64,000 nt of DNA from positions 9,176,001 to 9,240,000 of the forward strand of contig JBHGNT010000009.1 in the NCBI GenBank assembly GCA_043228905.1, read 5' to 3'. Origin of the DNA: Azolla caroliniana (Eukaryota > Plantae > Polypodiophyta). Made by a program: the position numbers and the translations under genes. Within the stretch, counting starts at the first letter, position 1; the number at the start of each line of letters is the position of its first letter. The notes under the pieces were generated by a model. It saw nothing but the letters and a program-made list of their open reading frames with translations, did no database searches and was not told the origin of the DNA. Positions 49,953 through 62,528 of this stretch are shown here, piece after piece.

Positions 49953-50186
49953 TGTGAAATGCACATAAAGATACTCCAAACCAGCTTGCTTAGCGTCTTA
50001 CTTCTTGCTCAATGTATAGTTGATACAAAGGTACCCATTTGGGTTGGCTTATCTTAGCTACATGCATCCTAAAAAAGGTATTCTAAAAGGGGGCACAAAG
50101 CAACACATACACACCACAACATGAAGGCATTTGTGCTAAAAAAGGTTTTGTGAAAAGGAGGCACAAAGGAACACGTGCACATCACA
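49953..50186 (-). repeat. Gypsy-H 5' LTR with adjacent tRNA-Ala-like PBS (49935-49949)
   Basis: On minus: TGTGATG..TTTCACA tat TGGTGGAGAAGTGGG. The PBS is complementary to a ..CTCCACCA tRNA 3' end, typical of tRNA-Ala. Confidence 0.85.
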
Positions 50187-51472
50187 ATATATTAAACAAA
50201 ATAATGCAAGTTCAACCCTAAAAAAGCAAATTATATATTGTGGGTTAAGATTTGCATGGAAATAGAATACACTTGAATTCATAGGTGTAAATTGTAATTA
50301 TTTGATATAAAAAGTTTCTTATATTTGTTGTCAAAAAATGTGCCCACATACTAATCAAATATTGTGGTTTCTGGAAGAGTTGTCCCCATAAAGCATGCCA
50401 TAAGATTCTAATGTTTTCAACTTAGACACAAGGTTCACTTGTTTTTGCATATTGATCTCAAAATATTGGCCTTCAACTTTCTCTAGGATCTAGTCCTTTA
50501 GATAACAAACCATTTGAACATCACCAGTAATATATGTATTAGAGAAAAAAAAGGTCGGGTGAACAATTTGTACTATCTAGGAATCACATTGTAAAATATT
50601 CCCTCTTTTGATGCTAGCTTCAATGAAGCTCTTATTTATGAACATGTAGCCTTCTTGAATTTTTTTAGTTACCTTGCTAGAACCAATACTAAAAAACATT
50701 TTATATACCCTTTGCATCTCTATTTTAAAATGTTTTATCAGTTCTTATGTTACAATATCTAATTTGTGAACGCATTTTTAACCACCTTCATCTTTGTAGA
50801 TAAAATGTTTTATAGGTGAGCAAACTCCTTGGGAGCCCAAATCTCAATGGTTTAGAAAAGCTAAATTTTGTGAATTAAATTCAAACTTACGTACACTTTC
50901 CATAGAGATTTTTGAGTTATACAAACTTATCTAATTTAGACTTCATCATAATGAAGTTCCACAATTTTGTTTTTTTAGGTTAGTAATATAATCTATGTTT
51001 AAGGAATGAATAGTAATCCAAGTGGCAGAAACTTCCCATTGCTATCCTTTCCACAAACTATGTTCTCAACTCAATTGGAATACTACTAGTATTAGGTTAA
51101 TTAAAAATACTATAGAATAAGATATTGGATATCTAGCAATAGTTATTTGACCATTGTAGACATCTAAAAAGAAGGTACAAAAAGCAAGTAATTTAATTTA
51201 GCAACCCAATAATACAATATGGAGTTATTAAGCCAATGGATGATCTCCAAAACATAAAGCAAAAGAGTGATTTTTGAAACCAATAAAGATAATACATGGC
51301 TTGGAAAGAAGTTCAATTTATTCATTTCAGCCCAAGAGGAATGCTTCCGGATTTATTCGGAAATAAAACTGTCATAACTGACCTCTTTACACATGGCCTC
51401 AAGAACTGAAATCTTCAATTTAGGAAATCATCCTATCTTTCGTGAAGGAAGTAAATGATAATATTAGTAGTA

Positions 51473-51708
51473 TTAGTGTAGACTTACTGGGGCAGATTGT
51501 AGAGCCTTTTGTACGAGTTCCTTTTGTTCAGAAGCATGTAAATTAGCAAAACCAGTGGCCGTTGCAGCAGAAGGTGGCCTTCCAACATACTTTATATCTT
51601 CATATGTTCCACGCTTCAATGCCTTCATTGCTGTCGCAAGACGTGGTGCTATGTACGTGTACCCTCCCATGTTCATTGGCTCTTCTTGGCACCACACTAC
51701 TTCGGCAT
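51473..51708 (-). CDS. OGDH: OGDH coding exon 8
   Basis: ag|[19 protein letters not shown] followed by TAA. Confidence 0.94.
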
Positions 51709-54466
51709 CTATGATCGGACAATGGAAAAAATCATTGATTAAAACAAATCTTACATTAACTATGATACACATTCTTTGTTATAGTTTTCTTTACTTTTCT
51801 ACTTCCCTTTCTGGGGGGATAGATGAAAGATTATGACATCTTTAAAGGTTTTAGGGTTTAGGGACAGAGACAGAGTGAACAAAAGATGAAATAACATTTC
51901 TTATTATCTATAATACAAAGTCAAAAATGCATGTGTGAGACACCAAACAAACGAAACATAATTTAAAACCTCTAAGAAATTAAATCTGATTTCTTCAATG
52001 ACAACTAAATTACATCCCTAACTAGATTCATAAGGTATAAAGACATTACGACAAAAAACATTCCCCTTGGCACCACATGACTAAAGCATCCATCATCACA
52101 CCATGGAAAAGCTTAGGTTTGAGATACTTTTATAGTGAGCATACATTTTCTCTGCTTTCTGTTTGGCTTCATTGTTTTCTTTTGGAGAGGTGAACGGTGA
52201 ATAGGAAATTTCAAAGTTACTTTCTGGAATATGAACGGGGGGGAATATTTATATTTTTCAGCTGTAAGGGATACAGTCCATGTAACTCTTTATAAAAGAG
52301 TATTTTTTTGCATTTACCCTACAATAAAATTTATTGTCATGTGAACTAAATGAAAGAAAGATGTCGTGAAGTCTCTGAAATTTTATGAACGTTATGCCCA
52401 AGTGCAGTTCCTATGAAAGAGAGAGAGTCTTGTACATATACCACTTTCGTACATAATCATAGCTCTTTATAATGCCAGTTTTTTCTGTATCCTAAGATTT
52501 TTTGTATGTATTATTCAGAAATAAAAATGCCTCTTGAAAAGCAAAGGTATAGATAGAGAAATTCTTACTTGGATAACGTTTTAGCTCTCTTTGGACAAGA
52601 TCATAAGGGAAAGGGCTTAATTGTTCAACGCGGCAGATCGCGACATCAGTTCCTTTGACCCTGTCTCTTTCATCGTCCAGTTCATAGTAAACCTATATAG
52701 ATTCCATCATTAAATGTCAGGAAGAATCACTTATTCATGGTAAAGTGCAAAACACCAAAATAACCCTTGTTGGGTATTACCATAATACCCATATGTTTTC
52801 AAAAATAATCAGAATTCCTCTATGTGGTAAATTGTGTACTGCACATAAGATTCTGGTAGTGTTTGAAAACTTTGGGATATTATTTTCTGTTTTTCTTATA
52901 ATAAACCTATTAAAGCATAGTTCTTTGAGAAGACTGCATATACTTGCCTTTCCTGAGCAGAGAACAAGCCTACGGATGCTCTCCTCTCTATCCGAATGAA
53001 GATTCTGATCTTTGATAAGTCGTTTGAACCGAGTTCCTTGCTTGTCAAACCCAGGATGTCCTTGCACGTCATCAAATTCAGAAAGATTGGATTTGCATGC
53101 AGGATGCCGAAGAAGATTCTTAGGTGCCATCACAATCAATGGTTTACGGAAATCCCTATGGATCTGTTTCCAAAATAACATTATTAGAATAACATAAACC
53201 AATTGGAATGGATATAATACTGCCAGAAATGGAAGCACGGTGAAATTATGAACCTAACCTGACGTCTAAGCACATGAAAATAATTGGCTGGAGTTGTTAT
53301 GTTTACAACTTGCCAATTACATTCTTGGACCTGAGTACGCAAAGACGGATCCATCTCTGGTATGACAAACGGGTTATCATTGCTCATCTGCAAAATGCAA
53401 GAAATACAGCAATATATGTTAAATACCATATATTGCCAATAATACTTCAAAATCAGCAAGGAATTGCTTATTATTTCTTTATCAAGTATAATGAAAGAAG
53501 GTTATCAGTAATGTGTTTAGTAGGAAGCATTTTCAGGGGGTAAAAAAATGGTTCAGAGTCTTTTATACTGCCTAACTAGGAATTATAGGAAGAATATTAA
53601 CAATTTTGTGTTGCATTAGCAAAAGAGAAAGTAAAATAGGGTTTCAGATAAGCATCAGTGTGGGTTAAGATATAACAAGGTCAAATTATTGACGGCACAT
53701 ACAGATACAAGAGAATCACCAGTGTAGACACAATGGGACATGAATGGATATATGTACAAATCGGAACCCATAAAAGCTGCTTTGTAAAAATACATATACT
53801 TCTAAATAAGATGGTGAAGAGGCTGTTTATGATGTAGATCAATCTAGACATGTCTACGATGCAATATGGGAATATTATCTTACTTGCAAGTAACGTTCCA
53901 TACGCCCACTAGAGTGCTCTGGCCCTTGTCCATCATAACCATGAGGGAGTAGAACCACCAAACCAGCTTGTCTCAGCCACTTTGCTTCTCCACTACTCAG
54001 AAATTGGTCGAATATGACTTGAGCACCATTTGCAAAGTCACCAAATTGTGCTTCCCATAAAACTAAGGAATTTGGATTTTCCATGGAGTAACCCAACTCA
54101 AATCCAAGAACAGCAAACTCTGAAAGAGAACTGCACCAGTGTTCCAACAAGCTCTGTAAGTACTGATGAATATATATACCAGAGGTCATAGATTGAAATA
54201 TTCGCATTCATCAACATATTTGCATATGTGAATATTCACGAAAAAAAATCATGAAGAATGAGAATAATAAAATAAAGATAAATAGTAAAATAAGTTGAGC
54301 CTTGAACCCAAGACCTAAGGCTAGTAGTTTAACATACCAATTATAAAAAATAAATAAATAAGAATAAAAAATATTCTAATTCAGTCGCAAAAAAGAAGAA
54401 AAAAATAGCCAAAAACATGCGGTGAATATTTCTATAAATATTCGCACTTGAAAGCATAAGTGAGGC

Positions 54467-54499
<33 letters not shown>

Positions 54500-57400
54500 T
54501 GTATGTATGTATGTATGTATGTATGTATGTATGTTATACACACACACACACACACATATATACATATATATGTATATCATATCTGAGACCATGAGGCATG
54601 TAATTTAGACATTAATCATGCATGGCATTACATGCTATAAATCATGAGAAGTAAAATAATGGAGAAAATACATAGATTTCTGGAGAGAGATGGTGTGCTA
54701 ACAAGCTCCATGTAAGTCAAGATTTTCAAGTTATCCACTAAAACAAAATCATTGACTCCATCAGTATCGAGATACACCAAAGCATATACACAAACAAAGA
54801 GTTCATATGCATGGCACGCCTGATGTAGCAAATCTTGTATACAATATACCGACAAGTAAAGACAAGCATTGAATAAAACAAATGACTTGCATTACATACT
54901 TAAAACCAGGATCAGAGGGTTACTCGGACAATTCACCTGTTACTAACTGTAAACATTCATCTTCTTGATTCATGATAACGTTTTATTACTTTAAAACCAG
55001 GATCAGAGGGTTACTCGGACAATTCACCTGTTACTAACTGTAAACATTTCATCTTCTTGATTCATGATAACATGATCGAGTGGGCAATACTTTTCTCCGG
55101 TCAATTGATCGTGGAGTACAGAATGTCGGTGACTAAAAGTACCCCTCTCAACATCCTGACCACTTAGTCGCACATGATTGCCCTCCACAAGAAGTGTTCC
55201 AAAAGCAAGAGATTCTGCCGTCGCCCAATCTACACCTTCCCCAGTTTCTATCATTTGGGCACGCTGATCATATAATCTTTTAATTGTTCGGTGCGGATGG
55301 AAATCAGATGGCAAGGTTGTAATGGATTTGCCCACACTTTTCAGGATTTCTGGTTTAACCCTGTTGGAATAGGTTGAAATAAGCATTTAATGGTTTATTG
55401 AAATGAATAAGAAAAGTAAAAACAAACAAAAGACATGGATGTTGTTGGTTATCTATCAAAATGGAAAATTTTGGAATACCCTTGATTATCTCTTTATTTC
55501 CCCAAATGCCCCCTATGACCTACGTCACGCTCCTCTCAAGAAATATATGTGCTATTGAGTAATTATATGCTCAATCCATCCCTTTTTTTCTCTCTTTTGG
55601 GTGTTGCGCCTGGGCATTTGATGGAATAACAAATGCTTATGGGCATGGCATTAACAGAAATCAGACAGTAACCTCAGGAGTATTTTAGAGTTTTTTCCTT
55701 ACCAAGACACCCATACATTTTCATAAATTACCATAATACTACACTGACGTAAACAACTTAGTAGTAGTTTTTTGAAAGCTTAGGGATATTCCCGTAAATA
55801 AACAACAAATTAAAGGTACTTTGCCCAAAACATGGCATCCAGATAATAGGAAAATGTTCATATATATTTGTACCCTGTATTTCTTATTCGAGAAAGCTGT
55901 TCTGGACCTTTAAAACCAGCCCAGAATGCTGCAAGCCAATCCCGTGTTCTTGGAACATAATCCTTGCAGTTATTGAACTCTTCATTTAAAATAGACATAA
56001 CTTTCTCGTGTATCTGGTCAACTGCTGCTTTTGTCATCACACCAGTCTCAATTAAATGCTTTTGATAAATATCTACAGCTGGTGGATGATTCCTGATAAC
56101 CTGTCAGAAAACATAAATTTACACAAGTTCTGATTATTCACTAAAAAAATAACAAGTGTGAACTGCCAATGGAAAAGTCCATTTTGTAATGGACAGACCA
56201 CTCATAGGCTGGGGCAAGTGCCAAAAGGCCACGAACTCAACTATCAGTCCAGCGGCAATGGCCACTATTGCAATGAGTTTTCTCGTATCAATGGGAAAAC
56301 TGTCAGAAGTAAGCTGCAGGACACAGGATGAAAGAAGCCACATAAAGACAGATATTACACGCAAGGATCTGCTGGCCAACCTTGGATAAGGATGTATATA
56401 TACATGCAATAATATGGCACCTGCCAAGAGTGGAGGCAACCAGGAGATGACGACCAGATACCAGTACAGCCAATCCTTTTGAGAACACTTCCAGAATTGG
56501 AGATTGGATTTTGTAGGACAGGATGTGACCACATCATTGTGGGAACAGAGCAGCCAAAAGCAACAGCCTCAAAACATAACTCAGAAAACAATATAGCTAG
56601 GTTTTAGACAAGAATATAAAAAAAGTGTTCAAACCATGGGTAGAGGAGCCCACAATGGCACGATTATCCCAGTCAACAGTATATATCACCTACAATGAAG
56701 CATATAAACGGGGTCCTATTTCAACAAATAAAATCGTAATTTAAATTCTACAAAAGATTTTATAAACAAACAAATAGGATGGGATAACAAACTGGATCAT
56801 GCATTATGGGCATTCTGAACCTCATATGAAGTAAGCACAGGAGTGACACCTTTTAAAATGTCATATAGACTAAAACACAGTTGCCTTCTAAGTACCAAGC
56901 CTCTGAATAGAAATAATCAATGGACAAATCCCCAAAAGCTCACTTTCAAGATCTTTGTTGTGCTATTGCTGCTACAATCAGAAAGGCAAGGATAGTAACT
57001 GGATGTAGTACAATGACAGAACAAAGCATGGGAGAGACAAATCAAGCAACCAAACAATATTCAAAATAAGACGATCGGATACTGGTCTTCAATGTTTGGG
57101 AACAGGACACATCACTGACAGTTAACTCTGAGACAAGTGGGTCGTTCATCAAAATGGAATGATGACACCACAAGGATTCTCCCTCAGGCACCTCTAGACA
57201 AAAATCTCCATCTGACTAAGACTGTACAGGGAATAAAGATTCAGGCTGAAAGGAGGGATCTAGAAATAAGAATCATAAAGTAAAAATAATAGTAACTGGA
57301 AGTGAGACATTAAACCTATTTAAAGAAGTAATGGCCACAAATAGGAAAATTACAGCCACCATAATAAATCAAAAATCATCATGCTAATATTAGGCAGCCA

Positions 57401-60400
57401 ATGTAAAGAAGAGAACAAAATTGAGGAAATTATTGAGTCTTGGCACAGGTGCACAACAGAGCAAAACGGGAGCAAACAAGAGCAGTAAGTAACAGAGACC
57501 TGCAGGAAAAGACGTATCATGGGTGCCATATGACAAGGATGGAGACTTGCAATATAACCAAGAAAACCAAGACATCCATCAAAACCCACACAGCCAATCT
57601 TGCCTATTGAATTGTAGTAAGCATAGAAGGGACAATGAAGTGGCCACACACAATGGAGTTTCAGCTCAGTAAATCCAAGAGAGCAAAGATAATGGATTTT
57701 ATGTAAAGAAGAGCATGGCAACCATCAAAACCATGAACCAGTGAATGTGAATGCAAGGTTGATCCACGAAGTGCAAAGGATGTTGATAGATGGGGCGAAG
57801 TGGCAAAAACACATGGAAGAAGCAACCACGAAAGGAGCAATATGCATCAATGTAAAAATGCCATGAATCAAGAGAGGAGACCCCCATTTAATTTGTTCCT
57901 ACAAAACATGGGACTCCCAGACAGGTGATACAACTTATCAACAAGAGGGATCAGGCAGCCAAGGAAGGAAATCAGCTATGTTGGGTCCTACGATACAAAG
58001 CAGTCCGCATGGCTCATGCAAGTGGCGCAGTGCTGGAAAAGGAGGGTAGAGGTTTGTCTATGTCCATCTCAGAGTGATGACCAAAGCAAGTATCTGAGGG
58101 AAGGAGCAGAGCACTAGTCATAAGGGGAACAGTATCAAGATTTAGCAGCAAATCAAATCAAGGCGAGAAAACTCTAGATGGGATGAAATCCTGGAGAAAC
58201 TCCTCGAGGATGAATAGTGATTTTGATCAAATGATAGATATGCAAACATTTGTAATAACAGAAGTTCCAACTACAGAAGATTTATATCTCCTGGGAGCCT
58301 ACAAACAAATTTAGCACAATTTCAAGAGTGATGGGCATCCTGTGCGAAGAATTATCAATCCACACAATTATAGACTGCAGGCTTCTGCTTGGGTTGAATG
58401 GGCACAGCAGTTTGAGGCACTACAAATACAAGTCAATGAAACTCAGATTCAACTCCAATGCAAGGATAGAATCAGGGACAGTTCATGCAATTTTCCATTA
58501 GGTGAGCTCATTAGGGAAAACTCAGACTCAACTCCAATTGCAAGGACAGAATCAGGGACAGTTCATCCTAGTGAATTGAAAGTGCGAAGTAGAATCAATT
58601 CACTAGGTGAGGAAGTAGAAGACAGACCAAAAACCTTATGGACTAACTCCAAATCAAAGACAGAGGACCAAGAAATCCACGAAACATTACATGGGGCCTT
58701 CCAGAATAGCTAGGATGAAGTAGCAAGAGCATTAACCAAGAATCAATCTTATCCTTGAGAATGTCAGCCTCAAAAGTTGATGCCACAGGAAACTGTTATA
58801 TTGTTGGTGCAATAGAACAAATTCACAGGGCGGCTGAAAGCAATCCTTGAGATGATCAACATGGAGACCAGGGAAGCCAGATGATGAATCAGATGATCAA
58901 AGTTAGAATCAGGAAGAAGAGGCAGAAGAAGAAAGAGAAGCACCAAGAGAAGGGGCAAGGGAAAAGGGGAGAGGGGGGGAGAAAGAAACAACTGTTTTTG
59001 TTAATCTGTAGATGTGAATAACAAAAGAAAAATGTTTTTCTACTCCAGCTTTATAGACTAAATGGCTTGAAATATAATAATGAATAACCTGAAATCCAGT
59101 TTGGAGCCTGATGGAATTGAAGTCGCTGCCCTCTAAAATATCCAATATAGAAATGTTGGTTCCAAAAGGACAGTGTATATGATTCCCCATGACGATGACA
59201 TTGACCTTACAAACTGGCCTCAGCAATGTCCAAGACAAAGGAGCAATGGATCCAGCTGTAGTGACTCTATTCTAGCCAGGATAGTCTATTCTAGCCAGGA
59301 TATTCTATTCTAGCCAGGATATTGAGTGTTGATCATTGAGTGTTTTTATGCCTAGGTGAATCATTGAGTGTTGATCTCTCCATAAGAGCAGATAAAAGAG
59401 CAGCTGTAGTGGGAACATCTGGTAGCAAGGTATCCAGATAGAAAGGAGGTATGCAGAGTAAGTAAACTGTTGGAGCGTACCTAGTGTTAGGCAGGCTGAC
59501 AAGTGTGACCCAAGCTAGGAAGTGGAACAATATAGTAATGGACAGGAAACTCATAAGCCACACTCAGAAGATGCAAGGATATAGTGAAACTAGTATATAA
59601 GGACGAGGTAATAGCATCCAAGGGAGAGTTTTTTGTACTTAAGTTCTGGTTAGCATGAAAAGGGGTGTGACGTTGTGTGGAAAGCATTCCATTCTAGGAA
59701 GCTTCCCTGTTTTGATCTCGCAATGTCTTTGAATATGTAGTGAGTGAGTATCATGCAAAAACCAATACTACTAGGCGAAATGTAAAGAGGTAGCTGGATG
59801 AATGAATGTCCCTTTCTAAGTTTATAAATAAAGTAGTAATATAATACGACTACATTAATCAAGGGAAAGTGAGCACTTGCACTAGGAATCTGAAGTTTGA
59901 ATTGCAGATCTTTGAAATTCTTAGCCATGTACAGTATGTGATGCTTGAGTATAGAAATCCAAACTTCAAAGTTTCTTGATGTAATTGGAATCCATTCAGA
60001 GTACTATTCCATGAAAACATATTCAAAATGATGACGTGGAATGCAAAACAGGATGGGACATCAAGCATATCTGAATGCAGGTGTGGTTGAGGAGATGTAG
60101 ATGGAGATGGGGACGTACACATATACACAAAATATACATATATACATATATGTAATAAATGAGATAAAAATAACCTACACCATTCTACTCTTTAGAACAT
60201 ACAACTTGAAATTTTAAACCAAGAACATGATACATCCGTAAGGATAAGATAGAATATCAAGATTCAGATACAGCACATCATATATGAACATATCATCTAT
60301 CATATATGTCTATTATCCTTAGATGACACATCATTGAAGGGGTAAACATGAAATACTGTTGTTTTATATAAATGCATTCCTGTCTCAGTTACTCAGCTGT

Positions 60401-62105
60401 CACTGGTAAATCTAAGTCAAAAGTTAATGATGATACTGAAAGAAAGAGATACCTGGTACATTTTCGGTTGTGTGAAAGATGGTTCATCAATCTCATTATG
60501 GCCGAATCTTCGATAACAAACTATATCCACGACAACATCAGAATGGAAAGTATTCCTCCAATCAGCCGCTAGCTCACATACATGTGCAACAGCTTCCATA
60601 TCATCACCATTAACATGAAATATAGGTGCATTAAGGGCTTTTGCCACATCAGTACAATAAGGTGAGGATCGACTAGATTTTGGATCAGTAGTAAATGCAA
60701 CCTGATTGTTGACAACAATATGGATAGTTCCCCCGGTAGTATAATTTGGCAAATCACTTAAATGAAGTGTCTCATAAACAACACCTTGACCTGAAAAGCT
60801 TCCATCTCCATGGAGTAGAACACCCATATTCTTAATCCTTTCCATGTCTTTACTATAATATTGCTTCGCTCGAGTTTTCCCAACCACAACAGGGTTAACC
60901 GCTTCCAAATGACTAGGGTTTGCAACAAGAGAAAGATGAACTCTCTTACCACCTCGAGTAGGCCGATCATATGAAGTACCTAAGTGATATTTCACATCTC
61001 CACTTCCAGTATAAGTTCCAAACTCGTCAGCAGGCTTGATTCCACCACTAAATTCACTAAAGATATGGCGTAATGGTTTCCGAACCACATTGGCTAGAAC
61101 ATTTAGTCTTCCTCTATGAGGCATCCCAATAACTATGTTTTCTACACCAAAGTCAGAAGCTCTATCTATAAGCTCTTTCATGCCAGGAACTAGGGTTTCA
61201 CAACCTTCTAACCCAAACCTTTTTGCTGCTGTCCATCTCTGAGCCAAGAAATTCTCAAAATTCGTGCTCCAAATAAGGCGGTCTAGAATTACTTCTTGCC
61301 GATCAGGACTATACTTTCCTGGAATCTGAGTCTCAATTCTCTCTCGAAGCCAATTACATTTGTCTCGATCAGAAATATGCATATATTCATACCCAATATG
61401 CCCACAATAGGCTTGCTCTAATCGAGCCAAAATTGACCGAAGTGTTTGAACAGGTCGATTCTCCGAGAGGAAACCTGACATTCTCCACACCCCGAGAAAA
61501 AACTCTCGATCAAGATCAGCATCAGTAAACCCATAGAGAGAAGGATCAAGGTCCGCCGGAATTGGCCTTACTTCCAAACCGAGAGGATCAAGCTTTGCTT
61601 TCATGTGACCATTCACTTGATAAGCTCTCACAAGGAGCAAAAGCCGCATGCTTTCTTGTATAGTTTGTCCCGAGATGCCAGGCATGGTGGATGCTTGGCC
61701 GGTGAAATTAATGAAGAAATTGTTCCATGACTCGTCCACACTGCTAGGGTCAGCTTCCCATGCTCTTTGCAGTTCTTCTAGATAAACGCTACTCGTGCCG
61801 TCAAGGAAATTGTCAGTAAGTTTCGAAAGAGGAACTGGCCTTGGGATCGGAGCCGATTGAGACCTCTCCGGAGTCCCATGAATGGATCTCGACCATTCAT
61901 TCGAGGGGCAGATCGAGGGCGAAATCAAAGACTTTGGAATACTTGAGATTTTATTTGAATTTAAGGCATCCTGGAGAGGTGAGACTTTCCTGTGTATAGA
62001 GAATGATGAGGAGAACGACAGAGACGGTGAGGGAGGGCGAAGAAGGCGAGCTTTCCGCAGATTAGCAGCTCTGTAGGCTGCCGAGGAAACCCTGATCCAT
62101 CCCAT
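51473..62105 (-). CDS. OGDH: 2-oxoglutarate dehydrogenase E1 component, mitochondrial; 8 coding exons, 1054 aa
   Basis: Exons 62105-60453, 56100-55874, 55360-55028, 54130-53884, 53387-53259, 53163-52948, 52692-52569 and 51708-51473 total 3165 nt in frame. Motifs [67 protein letters not shown]. Arg/Ser-rich presequence. Confidence 0.97.
52569..52692 (-). CDS. OGDH: OGDH coding exon 7 (absent from the ORF track)
   Basis: ag|[30 protein letters not shown]|gt. Confidence 0.93.
52948..53163 (-). CDS. OGDH: OGDH coding exon 6 (GC donor)
   Basis: ag|[16 protein letters not shown]|gcaagt. Confidence 0.92.
53259..53387 (-). CDS. OGDH: OGDH coding exon 5
   Basis: ag|[15 protein letters not shown]|gt. 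Confidence 0.94.
53884..54130 (-). CDS. OGDH: OGDH coding exon 4
   Basis: ag|[17 protein letters not shown]|gt. Confidence 0.95.
54470..54533. repeat. (TATG)n microsatellite in OGDH intron 3
   Basis: About 16 TATG units, followed shortly by (CA)n. Confidence 0.95.
54897..55071 (-). repeat. 91-bp-period duplication of the OGDH exon 3 end and its donor site
   Basis: 54897-54979 copies ~54988-55071, including AACAG|GTGAATT. Confidence 0.93.
55028..55360 (-). CDS. OGDH: OGDH coding exon 3
   Basis: ag|VKPEILK..MFTVSN|gt. Confidence 0.94.
55874..56100 (-). CDS. OGDH: OGDH coding exon 2
   Basis: ag|[14 protein letters not shown]|gt. Confidence 0.93.
56300..56880 (+). pseudogene. Decayed Gypsy integrase remnant in OGDH intron 1 (antisense to the gene)
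   Basis: [18 protein letters not shown], and [28 protein letters not shown] starting at 56780. Confidence 0.7.
60453..62105 (-). CDS. OGDH: OGDH coding exon 1
   Basis: ATG of MGWIR at 62105; ends QPKMYQ|gt. Confidence 0.95.
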
Positions 62106-62528
62106 TACTCTGAAACTCGAGAAGTCGAACCTGACCTCTTCTTCTGTCGGGCGTTCGTTCTTCAACACACTTCTTCTGATTCTTAGCAGCGGGGAGGGGA
62201 GAAATTCTTCTTAATTCTGCTTCTTCTTTCCTTCCTTCTTCTGATTTGCACACACTTTCCTTTCAACGGAAGCTTGGTTATGGCGATTGAATATGATAAT
62301 TACTGTAGAAAAGAAGAGGAACAGGGGAGGAGGAGGAGGAGGAGTAGTAGTAGTAGTAGGCTTAGCCTTCTCTTCTTCTTCTTTCTCTGTCTTTTCCTAT
62401 TACATACATTATATTCTTCTTTCTTCTAACTTCTCTTCTCATGGCTGCTAATCTTTTTTGACTTTTTTGTTCTATTATTTGCTCATGTTGTGGTGGGGGG
62501 GTGGGGGGGCATGGTATTATTATTGTTT

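Larger units (their letters stand above)
27509..50186 (-). mobile_element. Gypsy-H: decayed Ty3/Gypsy element bounded by inverted LTR copies; outermost element of stack 2
   Basis: 5' LTR 49953-50186 followed by PBS TGGTGGAGAAG. Gag-PR-RT-RH-INT is split over 49905-48639, 36264-35858, 35374-33505 and 27838-27745, rejoining across the TSDs of nested inserts. Inverted LTR copy at 27509-27740. Confidence 0.8.

Noticed and set aside
27509-50186. DIRS or Ginger/Maverick-type element as the explanation for the inverted termini
   Set aside because: No tyrosine recombinase or DNA polymerase; it has gag, protease, RT, RH, a DDE integrase and a tRNA PBS.
51847-51863. Two TTTAGGG units in OGDH intron 7
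   Set aside because: Too short to distinguish from a common telo-box-like occurrence.
62106-62168. Extended OGDH N-terminus from the ORF track
   Set aside because: It uses a non-ATG start; MGWIR at 62105 fits the plant presequence start.
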